Shown: positions 46,388 to 57,462, counted from the stretch's first letter. The stretch: DNA of 64,000 nucleotides from Deltaproteobacteria bacterium (GCA_018399745.1 JAGYNZ010000002.1:13543-77542), one strand, 5' to 3'. Numbers and translations: made by a program. The notes: a model not told the origin generated them from the sequence alone.

Positions 46388-47659
46388 TCAACCGAATCTA
46401 TACTTCAGCGATTGATTTTCATACAATTCTATGGGGCCGTCCTCTGAAACCTTTATCACTTTTCCAAGGCTTGACGCAGCAATCGCCGCTGTTGTCCGGC
46501 CGCCACCTACTGCTTTTCCTTTGGTAATCCTGGAAGTGTCTGTAATCACTCCGGTGTCAACCAACTGGCCTTTGTAATTGACAATCGTGAGTCCGTCTGC
46601 TGACAACATTTTAATTAAATCACCTTTGCTCTTAAGCGAGCTGATCGATGTATCTCTCGCCTTTTTAATCAACTCCTCGCTTAGCAAGTGATTTCCAGCC
46701 ACCGAACCTTTTCTGAAATTCTCAAGCTCCTTTTTTGGGGCACTGGTTATAAGAATAAGGGTACCGTGGCGTGTTTTTGACAGCGAATAAACAGTCCACA
46801 ACAATTCATTAATTACCTTTTCTCCCAATTCATCCTGAAAGAAAAAATGAAAGATATCAGGATCAAAGATATTCCATACCCCCTTTCTCCATACTATGAT
46901 TTTTTCTTTTTGGAGAATAACTTCCACTTCTGACGAATTGTTCAAAATAGCTGCAAAGGCATTTTTACCCGCAATTTCGAGAAGTCTGTATAAATTGGCA
47001 TGACTAAGTATGTCCACGGCATCATCAATGGAATGCTTGGAACGAATCGTGGCCACAGCCTTCATCTGTATGCCGGTGGCAAAAAAATTGTGATTTCCAT
47101 CTACATATCTGTATGTGAGGGGACTACCGAAAAAGTCATTGTCTATTTTGACTGGTGTGAGATCTATCCAGTAACATCCCTGGTCCCTTACTTTATCGCA
47201 AACCGTCTCCTGTTTGGTTCGAAAGACAAGGAACCCTGTTGTAGCAGGAGAGCCCTCGTATCTTTCATAAGACAGTCTTTTCAGAACTTGTATCAGTCTC
47301 TGGACAGATGCAAAGCCACTTGATCTTTTTCCTCTCAGGAAACGAGCGAGAGTTATGTCCATGACCGATGAGGATATCGCTGTACGAAGGTGCGCCTTAT
47401 AACCCGTGGTGGATTCAAACCTGTTGAACAGCACGGCGAATGCCTTGGCTGTCTGGTTAAGAAGCTCTGCCTCAAAGGGAGTAAGTCTGATTCCCTCTTG
47501 CGTAACCTGGATCCTCTTCTTTTCTCTCCCGACATCAATGGGCTTTGATGCATACTCCTGTGAAGAAAAATCATTGTCAGCCGGGACGAGATTCACCCGT
47601 CGACCCCCAAGCAGGCTCTGCACCGCAGGTTTAAGAACTTCAAAAGCAGCTTCGGGCAT
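46388..47659 (-). CDS. hypothetical protein with a degenerate diadenylate-cyclase (DisA_N)-like C-terminal domain
   Basis: 423 aa. C-terminal segments LSKTRHGTLILI, SADGLTIV, GGGRTTAAIAAS and KVSEDGPIELYEN line up with the DAC motifs GALIVI, HDGAVII, GTRHRAA and VSEETG.IS, but DGA becomes DGL and RHR becomes RTT. The N-terminal ~280 aa are unrecognised. Confidence 0.45.
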   Translation of the reverse strand: MPEAAFEVLKPAVQSLLGGRRVNLVPADNDFSSQEYASKPIDVGREKKRIQVTQEGIRLTPFEAELLNQTAKAFAVLFNRFESTTGYKAHLRTAISSSVMDITLARFLRGKRSSGFASVQRLIQVLKRLSYERYEGSPATTGFLVFRTKQETVCDKVRDQGCYWIDLTPVKIDNDFFGSPLTYRYVDGNHNFFATGIQMKAVATIRSKHSIDDAVDILSHANLYRLLEIAGKNAFAAILNNSSEVEVILQKEKIIVWRKGVWNIFDPDIFHFFFQDELGEKVINELLWTVYSLSKTRHGTLILITSAPKKELENFRKGSVAGNHLLSEELIKKARDTSISSLKSKGDLIKMLSADGLTIVNYKGQLVDTGVITDTSRITKGKAVGGGRTTAAIAASSLGKVIKVSEDGPIELYENQSLKYRFG

Positions 47660-48164
47660 CTTTTATTATTCCTTTACTCGTGGTCATGAGGAAAAATTGA
47701 TTTGCATTTACTCGTGATTCCTAAACTAAGCCGGATATCAGCATGTCCATGCATGGTGTCTTTGATTAACCGGCCACAAAAATAATCTTATGGGCTTACT
47801 TGCCAACAATGGCCTCCTGAACAATGGATTGAAACGTCTTCCTTCTGTGTTTCATGAACGCTCATTCGGTTGTCTTACTCTTTCTTATTACCCCCAAAAA
47901 CCGCACAGGGCAATAAGTTGCCAGATCCCTCTTGAGTGACAATGCAAGTTGCCGTGACTTGCTACTGAGCTATATAAAGGCAGCCCGGAAAGCTACATGC
48001 ACCTTTTGAGAAAAGGCGTTTGAGCTATGCGTGTGAATGGTAAACATGATATAATAAAAATGAATGTATGGGTAATCGATTCACAGCGTAATATTTAAGA
48101 TATCTTTTTGGCAAGATTGATTTGTAAATTGACATAAAAACCGCGTACAAACCCATGGAGGCAG

Positions 48165-49256
48165 ATGGACTATATAACGCGGTTTTGTTTGGGCATATAC
48201 AATTCTCCTTTCTTTCAGCCGGTAATACTTTTTGGGTGTAGCCAGGTACGAAATTTGAAACCATCACTTGCCATACCTCTTGCTTCTGATGGATCTGACA
48301 GGCGTTTTTTCAAGATCCGGTGGAAGGGCAGGCCCGCCGTGGCAATAGAACCTTCACCTGAGGATATAAATATCTCTGAGACTTACAGTTATGTTGCTAT
48401 TGGAAATCACCTGGCCGGAGTGGGAATCCCGGTTCCTAAAATATACGACTTCGACAAGGATACCGGGATTATTGTGGCGGAGTATCTTGGAGACAGGCAT
48501 CTGCAGACAGAGATTCTGGCGCTGATATCCAAACATAAATGGTCACAGGTCAAGCGGTTTTACCAGCAGGCCCTGTATTTGCTGGCAAGGATGCAGGTAT
48601 GGGGTCGCCGGGGATTCAACCGCTCATGGTGCTATGACTCAGAATATTATAACAGTGAGCTGGCCAGGGAACGAGAGGCCTTTTATTTTTTACGATCCTT
48701 TGTTGAAGAGCTTATGGGGTGCGGCAAAACACCAGGGCTTGAAAACGAGCTTACAGGGCTGGCTTTGCAGGTAGATTTAATTGAGCATAAGGGATATTTT
48801 CTGCACCGGGATTTTCAGTCCCGCAATATCCTGGTCCGGAACGGGGCCTTAAGGATAATCGATTTCCAGGGCGGTCGTCTGGGCCCCCTGGGCTATGACG
48901 TTGCCTCCCTGCTCCTGGATCCCTATGTTGCACTGCCGAAGAATATCTGGTCCGGGCTTTTACAATTCTATATGGATGAGCTTGATACTTTGAATATTGC
49001 CTTGGATAAGTCCGGGTTTGAAAAGGAGTTTTACCTCCTTGCCCTTCTTCGTACTATGCAGGTACTGGGCGCATACTCACACCTATATCTTAAAAAGGGT
49101 AAGATATTTTTCACGCCCTATATCCCCCCAGCCCTTTCAAATTTAAAGGCACTGCTTGACCGTAAAGACTTTGAAAACTTGGACAACCTGAAGTTGCTGA
49201 TGGCCCATCTCTCTGATAAGACTCAAAATTCGCCGCAGAGGCGAAATTCAATTTGA
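48165..49256 (+). CDS. aminoglycoside-phosphotransferase-fold kinase (AmgK-like sugar kinase candidate)
   Basis: ASDGSDRRFFKI near the N-terminus. Catalytic loop FLHRDFQSRNILV and IDFQGGRLGPLGYDVASLL. The start codon is uncertain. Confidence 0.6.
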   Translation: MDYITRFCLGIYNSPFFQPVILFGCSQVRNLKPSLAIPLASDGSDRRFFKIRWKGRPAVAIEPSPEDINISETYSYVAIGNHLAGVGIPVPKIYDFDKDTGIIVAEYLGDRHLQTEILALISKHKWSQVKRFYQQALYLLARMQVWGRRGFNRSWCYDSEYYNSELAREREAFYFLRSFVEELMGCGKTPGLENELTGLALQVDLIEHKGYFLHRDFQSRNILVRNGALRIIDFQGGRLGPLGYDVASLLLDPYVALPKNIWSGLLQFYMDELDTLNIALDKSGFEKEFYLLALLRTMQVLGAYSHLYLKKGKIFFTPYIPPALSNLKALLDRKDFENLDNLKLLMAHLSDKTQNSPQRRNSI

Positions 49257-49283
49257 GCCGGTTGACTCTTTGTAAAATCAGAA

Positions 49284-52200
49284 ATGAAAAAGGCGCGTGC
49301 TGCTAAAATCTTTATCTCTGTTCTTGTGATTGTCGGGTTCCTTGTGTTTCTCACCCCATATTTTCTGAAATTGGAACAGGTCCGCTCCTGGATGACAAAT
49401 GAGATAACCCATCAACTTGAAGATACTAACAGTACTATTAACATCAAGGCCATCTCCTGGCAGTGGCTCCCCTTTCCCAGCATAGCAGTCAGTAACGCAG
49501 TGATTTCCAATAAGCAAATAGAAATAAAAGTCCCGAAGACCATGCTTTCCCCGGACTGGGCGGGTCTTTTTCGTGGAAGGCCTGGAATAAGCCGAGTGGT
49601 TCTTAACAACCCCGATCTATATCTCAAATCACTAGATCTGTCTGCAGACAAAGGGCCGTGGTTGTCACCTCTTCTTTCGGTCGAACTTGTTATAAAAAAT
49701 GGCAGCCTGGCTTTCGGTCCGGAAAGCGTTTTGCCGGGACTGCTCCAGGACACCAATGGCCTCGACTTTTCAAATGTCATGGCCAAAATAGATGTGAGAC
49801 CTGACAGGATTGATGCAGCTTTCACATGCACACCCCCATCCGCTTACGCCAAAAATTTGGAGGCCAAAGGCCATTTCGTACTGTCAGAAGGCTCTTACGA
49901 TTTATGGATAAGCAGCCAAGAATTTAAGTTCCACAAAACCCTCATTTCTGCCGTGAACAAGGGCACGGTCAAACTGTTAGACTCAGATGTAAACCTGGAG
50001 GCTGCCATCACGGGAACGGGTCTTGACCATATAGAGGCCTCAGTAAAGGGCGATTTCCCTTATCTAAAAATCGAATCACATGGCAAAGAAATGCAGTTTT
50101 CATCCGATTATACAGACCTGGGTTTTAAAAAACAGGGGCAGGAATTTCAGGTGATGGTGCGTGCCTTAGAGCTTACTGATCCAGAGCTGACCATGTCAGG
50201 AGTAATAGAAAGACGTTCAGCGCTTACTACTGATGAGTCCACCTGGCATATCGACCTCAAGGCAAAGGAGGTAGATCTTTCGGGCGCTAGAGAAAGGATT
50301 CTTAACCTATTCGGCCGGCAGAAGGTGGCCGACCTGGTGTGCAGCATAGTTCTGGGAGGAAAGGCAAGAGAGGCGACCTATTTCTTTGAGGGGACTGTGC
50401 AAAGCTTTCGTGAACTAAAGTCCATGACTATTACAGCAGACGTGGATGAAGCTTCGGTGCACGTTCCAAATGTAGACCTGGATCTCGAAGAGACACGCGG
50501 ACAGATTGAGATACGGAACGGGATACTGACCGGGCGGGATCTTTCAGCCAGACTGGGCGATTCCCTGGGCACAAATGGCTCTATTACACTGGGCCTGGTT
50601 GGTGAAGACAAGATATTCAGATTGGATATTGGACTGGATGCAGACCTTTCAAAGCTTCCTGCCCTTTTACACAAGCTTGTCAATCACCATGGGTTCAGGA
50701 GTGAGCTGGCAATGTTCAGCAATTTACAGGGCAAGACCTCGGGTCATCTTATCCTGGGGGACAGATTAAAAGATATTTCAGCGCACGTTGCTGTTTCAAA
50801 CATTGAAGGAACGGTAAATTACGAGCGGATTAAATGGCCCATCAAAATCACCAGAGGTCAACTCCAGGTCTTTCCGGATAACGTGAAATGGAGCGATATT
50901 CAGGGTGCAGTCGGTCCGCACTCCATCCACGAAACCGAGGGGACCGTCGAATGGAAAGATGGAGTTTCCCTCGACATCAGAAGGCTTAATGCCTCCCTGG
51001 ATTCGGGCCCGCTTTTTGCGGAGTTGAATCGCTACCAGGTGTTGCAGGAAGCTCTCTCCAGGGTACTTCTTTCTATTGATGGCCCTCTGGAAGCAACGGA
51101 CGCCTGGCTTAAAGGACCGGTGAAGAAACCATTGAAGTGGGAGTACGGCACAACAGTTGCTGCCAAGGGCATTGATTTTCACAGCCCCTTGCTTCCTGGA
51201 CCTTCCCATGCTGAAGATGTCTCTGTACGGACTGATCAGGAAAATGTTCAAATATTCAATTGCAAAATGCGCCTTTCAGATCAACAGATAGAGTTAAACG
51301 GGGACCTCAGACACAAACATTGGCAAAACTGGCAGGGCTCGCTTGATCTCAGTGGTACCGCAAGAAAAGGTATAGCCCAATGGGTGAAGGCAAAAGATTG
51401 GATACCCAATCTGTATTTCCCCGGCACACCCTGCACACTGAACCATTTAAAGGTTGCCTGGGATCCTGAAAAGACCGGTGTAAAGGGAGAGATCATCTCA
51501 GACCTGGAAAATAAAAAGGGTATAAAGATAAAACTGGATATCAGTTCCGGTCTAAAGGGACTCTCTATAAAGACTCTTACTGTCACTACCCCAGCGGACA
51601 AAGCAATACTTTCTGTAAATTTGCTGCGGGCTCCCGAGAGAAAATTGCTGCTCAACTGGGAGGGCTGCCTTAAAGGTGGAACGCTGGATAAAATTCTGGA
51701 AAAGAACGAGATATTATCAGGTCATATAAAGGGCTTGTCCAGCCTGAGTTGTTTTCTGGAAGATCCGAGTTCTGCAAGACTTAAGGGATCTATAGAGGCA
51801 TCTGAACTAAACTGGTTATGGGGCGTTCCAGAGCCGATATCTGTAAATTATGCCAACCTGGAAGGTCATAACTCATGGTCAGATATAGAAAAACTATCTT
51901 TGGAAATAAATGACGAAACAGTAGTATCTAAAGGACGGGCCTCATTTTCAGAGCATAATATTGATTTGGACCTGGATTTGAAATCCGAATCTCTTTCATT
52001 TAAGAATTTATCCCGATTCATTGACCCATACAAAGAAAAACATCCTTTGCAGGACCCTTCATATACCTACAAAACACCCAGTTCTTCCCTTTCTATTACC
52101 GGCAAAATCAACTTTGATTTGGACAGGTTTAAATATACAAGCAGTAAAGACCCAGCCTTTCCGGATAAAGACCAAAAAGTCATTAATTATTATATCTGGC

Positions 52201-52973
52201 AACCCCTCATAGGCCAAATGAAACTCTTGCCTCAGGGGAAAATAGCTGTTTCTGTATCCTCTGGAACAATCTGCAGTCTCGATACCACTGGTACCTGGCG
52301 TTCAGGACTCGGCCATGAACTGGCCAAATTAGTCATTTCTACTAATCACGGAAAAGAGGTGCTTTTCCAAGACGTGCTTTCATGCCTCGGTCAGGACCAG
52401 GATATATTAGAGGGTTCTTTTTCCTTTAATGCAGACATTGAAGGAACACTCGGCAACTGGCAGCGAGGTACGGTTGAACTCCGATCCTCTAATGGCATCA
52501 TAAGACGGATGACAATGCTTTCTAAAATATTCAGCGTTCTTAACGTTATAGACCTTTTTTCCTCAAATGGACTTCCGAATCTTTTTACTAGAGGTTTTCC
52601 TTTTTCACTAATGGACATTAAGGGCGACATAAAGGACAATAACCTTATTATTGATTATGCTATAATAGAAGGTAAAGGGTTAAACCTCTTCGGTAGCGGG
52701 ACAATTGGTCTGGAGCACATGGATCTAGATATGACTGTATTGGTGGCCCCATTAAAGACCATAGACAGTATTATCTCAAAGGTGCCCCTGCTGGGGAAGG
52801 TCATAGGAGGGAAGGACGCTGTGGTTGTAGCGTTTCCGGTAAAAATCAAGGGAAAAATAAAAGACCCGGAGGTCACTACGCTTTCACCTGATGCAGTAGG
52901 AGGAGCTATGGTAGACCTGGTTAAAAATACGCTAATGCTGCCTTTTCAAATATTGAGCCCAATTTTTCCATAA
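49284..52973 (+). CDS. AsmA-like / YhdP-family giant envelope protein
   Basis: 1229 aa. Single N-terminal TM anchor, a long beta-rich body and an AsmA-like C-terminal region (...LFGSGTIGL...VLVAPLKTIDSIISKVPLLGKVIGG...FPVKIKGKIKDPEV). Confidence 0.6.
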   Translation: MKKARAAKIFISVLVIVGFLVFLTPYFLKLEQVRSWMTNEITHQLEDTNSTINIKAISWQWLPFPSIAVSNAVISNKQIEIKVPKTMLSPDWAGLFRGRPGISRVVLNNPDLYLKSLDLSADKGPWLSPLLSVELVIKNGSLAFGPESVLPGLLQDTNGLDFSNVMAKIDVRPDRIDAAFTCTPPSAYAKNLEAKGHFVLSEGSYDLWISSQEFKFHKTLISAVNKGTVKLLDSDVNLEAAITGTGLDHIEASVKGDFPYLKIESHGKEMQFSSDYTDLGFKKQGQEFQVMVRALELTDPELTMSGVIERRSALTTDESTWHIDLKAKEVDLSGARERILNLFGRQKVADLVCSIVLGGKAREATYFFEGTVQSFRELKSMTITADVDEASVHVPNVDLDLEETRGQIEIRNGILTGRDLSARLGDSLGTNGSITLGLVGEDKIFRLDIGLDADLSKLPALLHKLVNHHGFRSELAMFSNLQGKTSGHLILGDRLKDISAHVAVSNIEGTVNYERIKWPIKITRGQLQVFPDNVKWSDIQGAVGPHSIHETEGTVEWKDGVSLDIRRLNASLDSGPLFAELNRYQVLQEALSRVLLSIDGPLEATDAWLKGPVKKPLKWEYGTTVAAKGIDFHSPLLPGPSHAEDVSVRTDQENVQIFNCKMRLSDQQIELNGDLRHKHWQNWQGSLDLSGTARKGIAQWVKAKDWIPNLYFPGTPCTLNHLKVAWDPEKTGVKGEIISDLENKKGIKIKLDISSGLKGLSIKTLTVTTPADKAILSVNLLRAPERKLLLNWEGCLKGGTLDKILEKNEILSGHIKGLSSLSCFLEDPSSARLKGSIEASELNWLWGVPEPISVNYANLEGHNSWSDIEKLSLEINDETVVSKGRASFSEHNIDLDLDLKSESLSFKNLSRFIDPYKEKHPLQDPSYTYKTPSSSLSITGKINFDLDRFKYTSSKDPAFPDKDQKVINYYIWQPLIGQMKLLPQGKIAVSVSSGTICSLDTTGTWRSGLGHELAKLVISTNHGKEVLFQDVLSCLGQDQDILEGSFSFNADIEGTLGNWQRGTVELRSSNGIIRRMTMLSKIFSVLNVIDLFSSNGLPNLFTRGFPFSLMDIKGDIKDNNLIIDYAIIEGKGLNLFGSGTIGLEHMDLDMTVLVAPLKTIDSIISKVPLLGKVIGGKDAVVVAFPVKIKGKIKDPEVTTLSPDAVGGAMVDLVKNTLMLPFQILSPIFP

Positions 52974-52990
52974 GAATTCAAGGGAGCCAC

Positions 52991-53515
52991 TTGCAGGAAG
53001 AGACTCGTTATATTGATGTATATACTGGTAACGGAAAGGGAAAGACTACCGCCGCACTTGGTCTTATCCTCAGAGCGGTTGGAGCTGGTTGGCGAGTATT
53101 GTTCTGCCAGTTTCTGAAATATGGTGAATTCAGTGAAATAAAGGCCCTTAAAAAATTTGGAAAGCAGGTCACTGTTCGTCAGTACGGCTCAGGCGGATTC
53201 GTCAGAGGAAGGCCCTCTGAAAAAGAGATAGGAATGGCACTGGCCGGCCTTGGTGAAATAATGCAGGCCATGGAAGAGGGAAAATATGATCTGATCGTAC
53301 TTGATGAAATAAACACGGCCGTTTACTTAGGGCTCATTTCCTTAAAAGATATAAGGAACCTTTTGGAAAGACGGCCTAAGGATGTAGAGCTCATACTTAC
53401 CGGTAGATGGGCACCTGAAGAAATAATAGAGCGAGCCGATCTGGTAACGGAAGTGCGAAGGATCAAGCATTATTTCAGCAAGGGAGTGCCTGCAAGGGAA
53501 GGAATAGAAAAATGA
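52991..53515 (+). CDS. cobO: cob(I)yrinic acid a,c-diamide adenosyltransferase
   Basis: YTGNGKGKTTAALGLILRAVGAGWRVLFCQFLK...LDEIN...LTGR. TTG start in the ORF track. Confidence 0.8.
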   Translation: MQEETRYIDVYTGNGKGKTTAALGLILRAVGAGWRVLFCQFLKYGEFSEIKALKKFGKQVTVRQYGSGGFVRGRPSEKEIGMALAGLGEIMQAMEEGKYDLIVLDEINTAVYLGLISLKDIRNLLERRPKDVELILTGRWAPEEIIERADLVTEVRRIKHYFSKGVPAREGIEK

Positions 53516-53772
53516 GGGGCTAATAAAAAGGGGTAATGTTATTTGTAATAAAAATAGTCAATACCCTGCTTTTCATGGCAGTTTATGAATAATTTCTCTT
53601 GAGGACACTTGCAATACATCAGATTTTAGTCTCGAATGAGGTATAATAATTCCTGACTGTTAACAGTAACTCATGTTAGGCCTATGTGTGATTGTTCATT
53701 CCCTAGGTGGGAACAGCCATGGTATATGGATTGTTAATGATACAGCCTTTTATTTGAATAGGATTTATAAAT

Positions 53773-55410
53773 ATGAAGACAAAGTTCATTTTTATCACCG
53801 GGGGTGTCCTTTCATCTCTGGGGAAAGGGCTGGCTGCAGCTTCTATAGGTGCATTGCTTGAAGCCAGGGGGCTTCGGATTACCATTCAGAAGCTCGATCC
53901 ATACATAAACGTGGATCCTGGCACTATGAACCCTTTCCAGCACGGTGAGGTTTACGTAACAGAAGATGGCGCTGAAACAGATCTGGATCTCGGACATTAT
54001 GAGCGATACACCCATGCCAAGCTGGGCCAGAGGCATAACTACACTTCAGGGCGTATTTATTATAGCGTTATCACTAAAGAAAGAAGGGGAGACTATCTTG
54101 GAGGTACGGTTCAGGTCATCCCTCACATAACTGATGAGATCAAACGGGCGATTCTTCAATTAAACAGTGAAGCAGATATAGCCATTATAGAAATAGGGGG
54201 TACGGTAGGAGACATTGAAGGCCTTCCGTTTTTAGAGGCCATCAGGCAGTTAAGGAGCGATCTGGGTACTGAAAATACCCTTTATATCCATTTGACCTAT
54301 GTGCCCTATATACAGGCAGCAGGTGAACTTAAGACAAAGCCGACACAACATAGCGTCAAAGAACTTCTGTCCATAGGTATTCAGCCGGACATCCTGCTCT
54401 GCCGCACTCAGATTAGTCTTTCGCAAGATATCAAGTCGAAGATTTCACTATTTTGTAATGTAGAAGAAGATCGGGTTGTTGCAGCCAAAGACGTAAAATG
54501 TATCTATGAAGTACCAATACGATTTCATGAGCAAGGGCTGGATGAACGCATTATCGAATCCCTTAATATGTGGACAAGGGCGCCGGTGCTTACCGAGTGG
54601 GAAGATCTTATCGCCAAGATTCAGAAACCACAACATAAAGTGAGGATTGCTATGGTTGGCAAGTATGTTAACCTCAAGGAATCCTACAAAAGCTTAAATG
54701 AGGCCCTTTCCCACGGGGGTGTTGCAAACAGCTCCGAAATCGAAATAGACTTTGTTAACTCGGAGGAAATAGAGGGTGGAGAGCTGCAGGACCTGCTTTC
54801 AGAGGCCGATGGTATTTTAGTACCAGGTGGATTCGGTTCAAGGGGAATATCTGGAAAACTTGAAGCCATTACGTATGCCAGACAAAACAAAGTGCCTTTT
54901 TTGGGTATCTGTCTGGGCATGCAGCTGGCGGTTGTTGAATTTGCCAGAAACGTAGCCGGGCTGCCCCGGGCTGACAGTACTGAGTTCGAGTCGAACACAC
55001 CTGATCCGGTAATCTATCTGATGACGGAGTGGTATGACTACCGTACCGAAAAAATACAAAAAAGAGATAAAGACACTGATATGGGAGGCACTATGCGCCT
55101 TGGTGCATATCCGTGCCGCCTGGTCAGGGGCAGTAAGGCCCATGCTGCATATGGAATTACTCAGATCTCCGAAAGGCACCGCCACAGGTACGAATTCAAC
55201 AATTCCTATCGTAAGGCCCTTGAGGACGCTGGAATCAGCTTTGCAGGTCTGAGTCCCAATGGTGAACTGGTGGAAATCATCGAAATACCTCAACATCCGT
55301 GGTTTCTTGCCTGCCAGTTCCATCCCGAGTTCAAATCCAGGCCCCTTGATCCCCACCCCCTGTTTGTAGCATTTATACATGCCTCACTAGCAAAAAAGCT
55401 CAAGGCATGA
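53773..55410 (+). CDS. pyrG: CTP synthase
   Basis: [36 protein letters not shown], and the glutaminase domain GICLGMQ...HRHRYE. 545 aa. Confidence 0.97.
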   Translation: MKTKFIFITGGVLSSLGKGLAAASIGALLEARGLRITIQKLDPYINVDPGTMNPFQHGEVYVTEDGAETDLDLGHYERYTHAKLGQRHNYTSGRIYYSVITKERRGDYLGGTVQVIPHITDEIKRAILQLNSEADIAIIEIGGTVGDIEGLPFLEAIRQLRSDLGTENTLYIHLTYVPYIQAAGELKTKPTQHSVKELLSIGIQPDILLCRTQISLSQDIKSKISLFCNVEEDRVVAAKDVKCIYEVPIRFHEQGLDERIIESLNMWTRAPVLTEWEDLIAKIQKPQHKVRIAMVGKYVNLKESYKSLNEALSHGGVANSSEIEIDFVNSEEIEGGELQDLLSEADGILVPGGFGSRGISGKLEAITYARQNKVPFLGICLGMQLAVVEFARNVAGLPRADSTEFESNTPDPVIYLMTEWYDYRTEKIQKRDKDTDMGGTMRLGAYPCRLVRGSKAHAAYGITQISERHRHRYEFNNSYRKALEDAGISFAGLSPNGELVEIIEIPQHPWFLACQFHPEFKSRPLDPHPLFVAFIHASLAKKLKA

Positions 55411-55413
55411 ACC

Positions 55414-56283
55414 ATGAATATAAAAGATATTCAAGTAAAAAATGTGCGTATAGCCGGATTCAGGGTCGGCGCGAGACAGTCACCTTTACTCATTTCAGGA
55501 CCCTGCGTGCTGGAAGACATTGAAACCGCCCTTTCTATCGGGGCATTCATGGCTCGGGCTGCCAAGGATTACGGTTTTTCCTATATGTTCAAGGCCTCCT
55601 TCGATAAGGCAAACCGGACATCCATAAGATCTTACAGGGGACCAGGTCTAGCTAAGGGCCTTGAAATGCTTTCAGTTATCAAAAAGGAACTGAATGTGCC
55701 TGTGATTTCAGATGTCCACACTCCTGACCAGGCGGCTGCGGTCGCAACTGTCCTTGACTGTATACAGATACCGGCCTTTCTATGCAGACAGACAGATATT
55801 TTGAGGGCAGCCGCTCGAACAGGTCTGCCAATCAACATAAAAAAGGGACAATTCATGGCCCCGTGGGACATGAGACACGCAGTTGCCAAGATAAAAGAGA
55901 GTGGAAATGACCAGGTAATCCTCACTGAAAGGGGTACCTGCTTTGGCTATAATAACTTGGTGGTTGATATGCGTGGTCTGTCTATAATGAAGGAATTTGG
56001 GGCTCCTGTGGTGTTTGACGCTACACACAGTGTTCAACTCCCGGGCGGTGGGGATGGATGCTCATCAGGCCAGAGAGAATTTGTGCCCACCCTTGCAAGG
56101 GCTGCAATGGCAGCAGGGGTGGAAGGGATCTTCCTGGAGGTCCATCCAGACCCGGACAAGGCCCTTTGTGACGGTCCCAATAGTCTTTCCCTCGAAGCTG
56201 CCGCAGATCTGCTGAAGGTCCTTTCCAGAATCAGACAGGCGAGTATTTTGGGTGTTGAATCTTCAGATGGCACATATAGATAA
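55414..56283 (+). CDS. kdsA: 3-deoxy-8-phosphooctulonate (KDO-8-P) synthase
   Basis: FKASFDKANRTS, IPAFLCRQTD, INIKKGQF, DATHSVQ.PGG. Confidence 0.93.
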   Translation: MNIKDIQVKNVRIAGFRVGARQSPLLISGPCVLEDIETALSIGAFMARAAKDYGFSYMFKASFDKANRTSIRSYRGPGLAKGLEMLSVIKKELNVPVISDVHTPDQAAAVATVLDCIQIPAFLCRQTDILRAAARTGLPINIKKGQFMAPWDMRHAVAKIKESGNDQVILTERGTCFGYNNLVVDMRGLSIMKEFGAPVVFDATHSVQLPGGGDGCSSGQREFVPTLARAAMAAGVEGIFLEVHPDPDKALCDGPNSLSLEAAADLLKVLSRIRQASILGVESSDGTYR

Positions 56284-56293
56284 AGAACTGCTC

Positions 56294-56809
56294 ATGACCA
56301 AGGCCCGCAACATCCGACTTGTTGCGTTGGATGTTGACGGAGTGCTGACCGACGGAAGCATCATATACACATCTCAAGGGGAACAGGTGCAGAGTTTTCA
56401 TGTGCATGACGGGCTTGGCCTTAAGCTTCTTGGTCTGGCAGAGATTCGTGTAGCTATTATAAGCTCCCGCTCTTCTCGTGCCCTTACTATCAGGGCCGAG
56501 GAGTTGGGCATAAAGCTGATATATCAAGGACTGCCTGACAAAATACAAGTATATGAGGAGATAAAGGAGAAGCTGGGGATAACAGATAAAGAATTTGCTT
56601 ATATAGGAGATGACTGGGTGGATTTACCCCTTCTTCGGAAAGCCGGTCTTGCCATAGTAGTTGCCAATGCTGCACAGTCCATGAAAGACTATGCTGACTA
56701 TGTTACACAAAAACCCGGGGGAAGGGGTGCTGTCAGAGAGGCCTGCGAACTGATCCTTAAAAGCCAGAACAGGAGGAGTGAATTCCTGAATTTTTACCTT
56801 AACAACTGA
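56294..56809 (+). CDS. kdsC: KDO-8-phosphate phosphatase (HAD-IIIA)
   Basis: IRLVALDVDGVLTDG, GLKLL, YIGDDWVDLP, GGRGAVRE. Alternative starts at 56252 or 56267. Confidence 0.88.
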   Translation: MTKARNIRLVALDVDGVLTDGSIIYTSQGEQVQSFHVHDGLGLKLLGLAEIRVAIISSRSSRALTIRAEELGIKLIYQGLPDKIQVYEEIKEKLGITDKEFAYIGDDWVDLPLLRKAGLAIVVANAAQSMKDYADYVTQKPGGRGAVREACELILKSQNRRSEFLNFYLNN

Positions 56810-56895
56810 TTTAGTATTGGCTTATTTCCCAGAACACAAATCCATCTTACCATTAATCTCCTATCTAAATGTCCTGCAAAACCGAATGCCGCCAC

Positions 56896-57462
56896 ATGAA
56901 ACTCGACCAAAAATATCTATTCTGGATAATTGCCGCCTGCCTTTTTTTGATAATTCTCTGGAGTCCGTGGCAACAAAGCCAGATTACCAATGATCTCTGG
57001 ACCACAGATTTCAAAAAAATGAAGTCCGATTTTACCTTTGAAGGTATTCGTTACACGAGAAACATAGGTGAAGACACCCAGTGGGTCCTGAGGGCAAATT
57101 CAGCCCAACTTTATGAGGACAAAAACATCATGGATATTGAAACGATAAGAATAAAGTTTTTCCCTGCTGGAGGAGGTCGTGTTATTGTTACTGCCGATTC
57201 GGGCGTATACAGAATTGATGATGATGAGATGTCACTAAATGGCAATGTAAAAATACACTCTGAAGGTGGCGCCACACTCTTTTCAGACACTATGTACTTC
57301 AGCCAGAAAAGGAGACTTTTCTGGACCGAAGACAGGGTGTTTATCAAGGGAGACGGGCTGGAAATGAAGGGCGAAGGGCTTGAGTATGATCTTCAAAATG
57401 GTAAATTTACAGTAAAGAGACAGACAACCGTCCTGCCGGAAAATGGCAAACTGGAACTTTAA
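56896..57462 (+). CDS. lptC: LPS export system protein LptC
   Basis: N-terminal TM anchor plus an OstA-like beta-jellyroll. Positioned between kdsC and lptA. Confidence 0.75.
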   Translation: MKLDQKYLFWIIAACLFLIILWSPWQQSQITNDLWTTDFKKMKSDFTFEGIRYTRNIGEDTQWVLRANSAQLYEDKNIMDIETIRIKFFPAGGGRVIVTADSGVYRIDDDEMSLNGNVKIHSEGGATLFSDTMYFSQKRRLFWTEDRVFIKGDGLEMKGEGLEYDLQNGKFTVKRQTTVLPENGKLEL

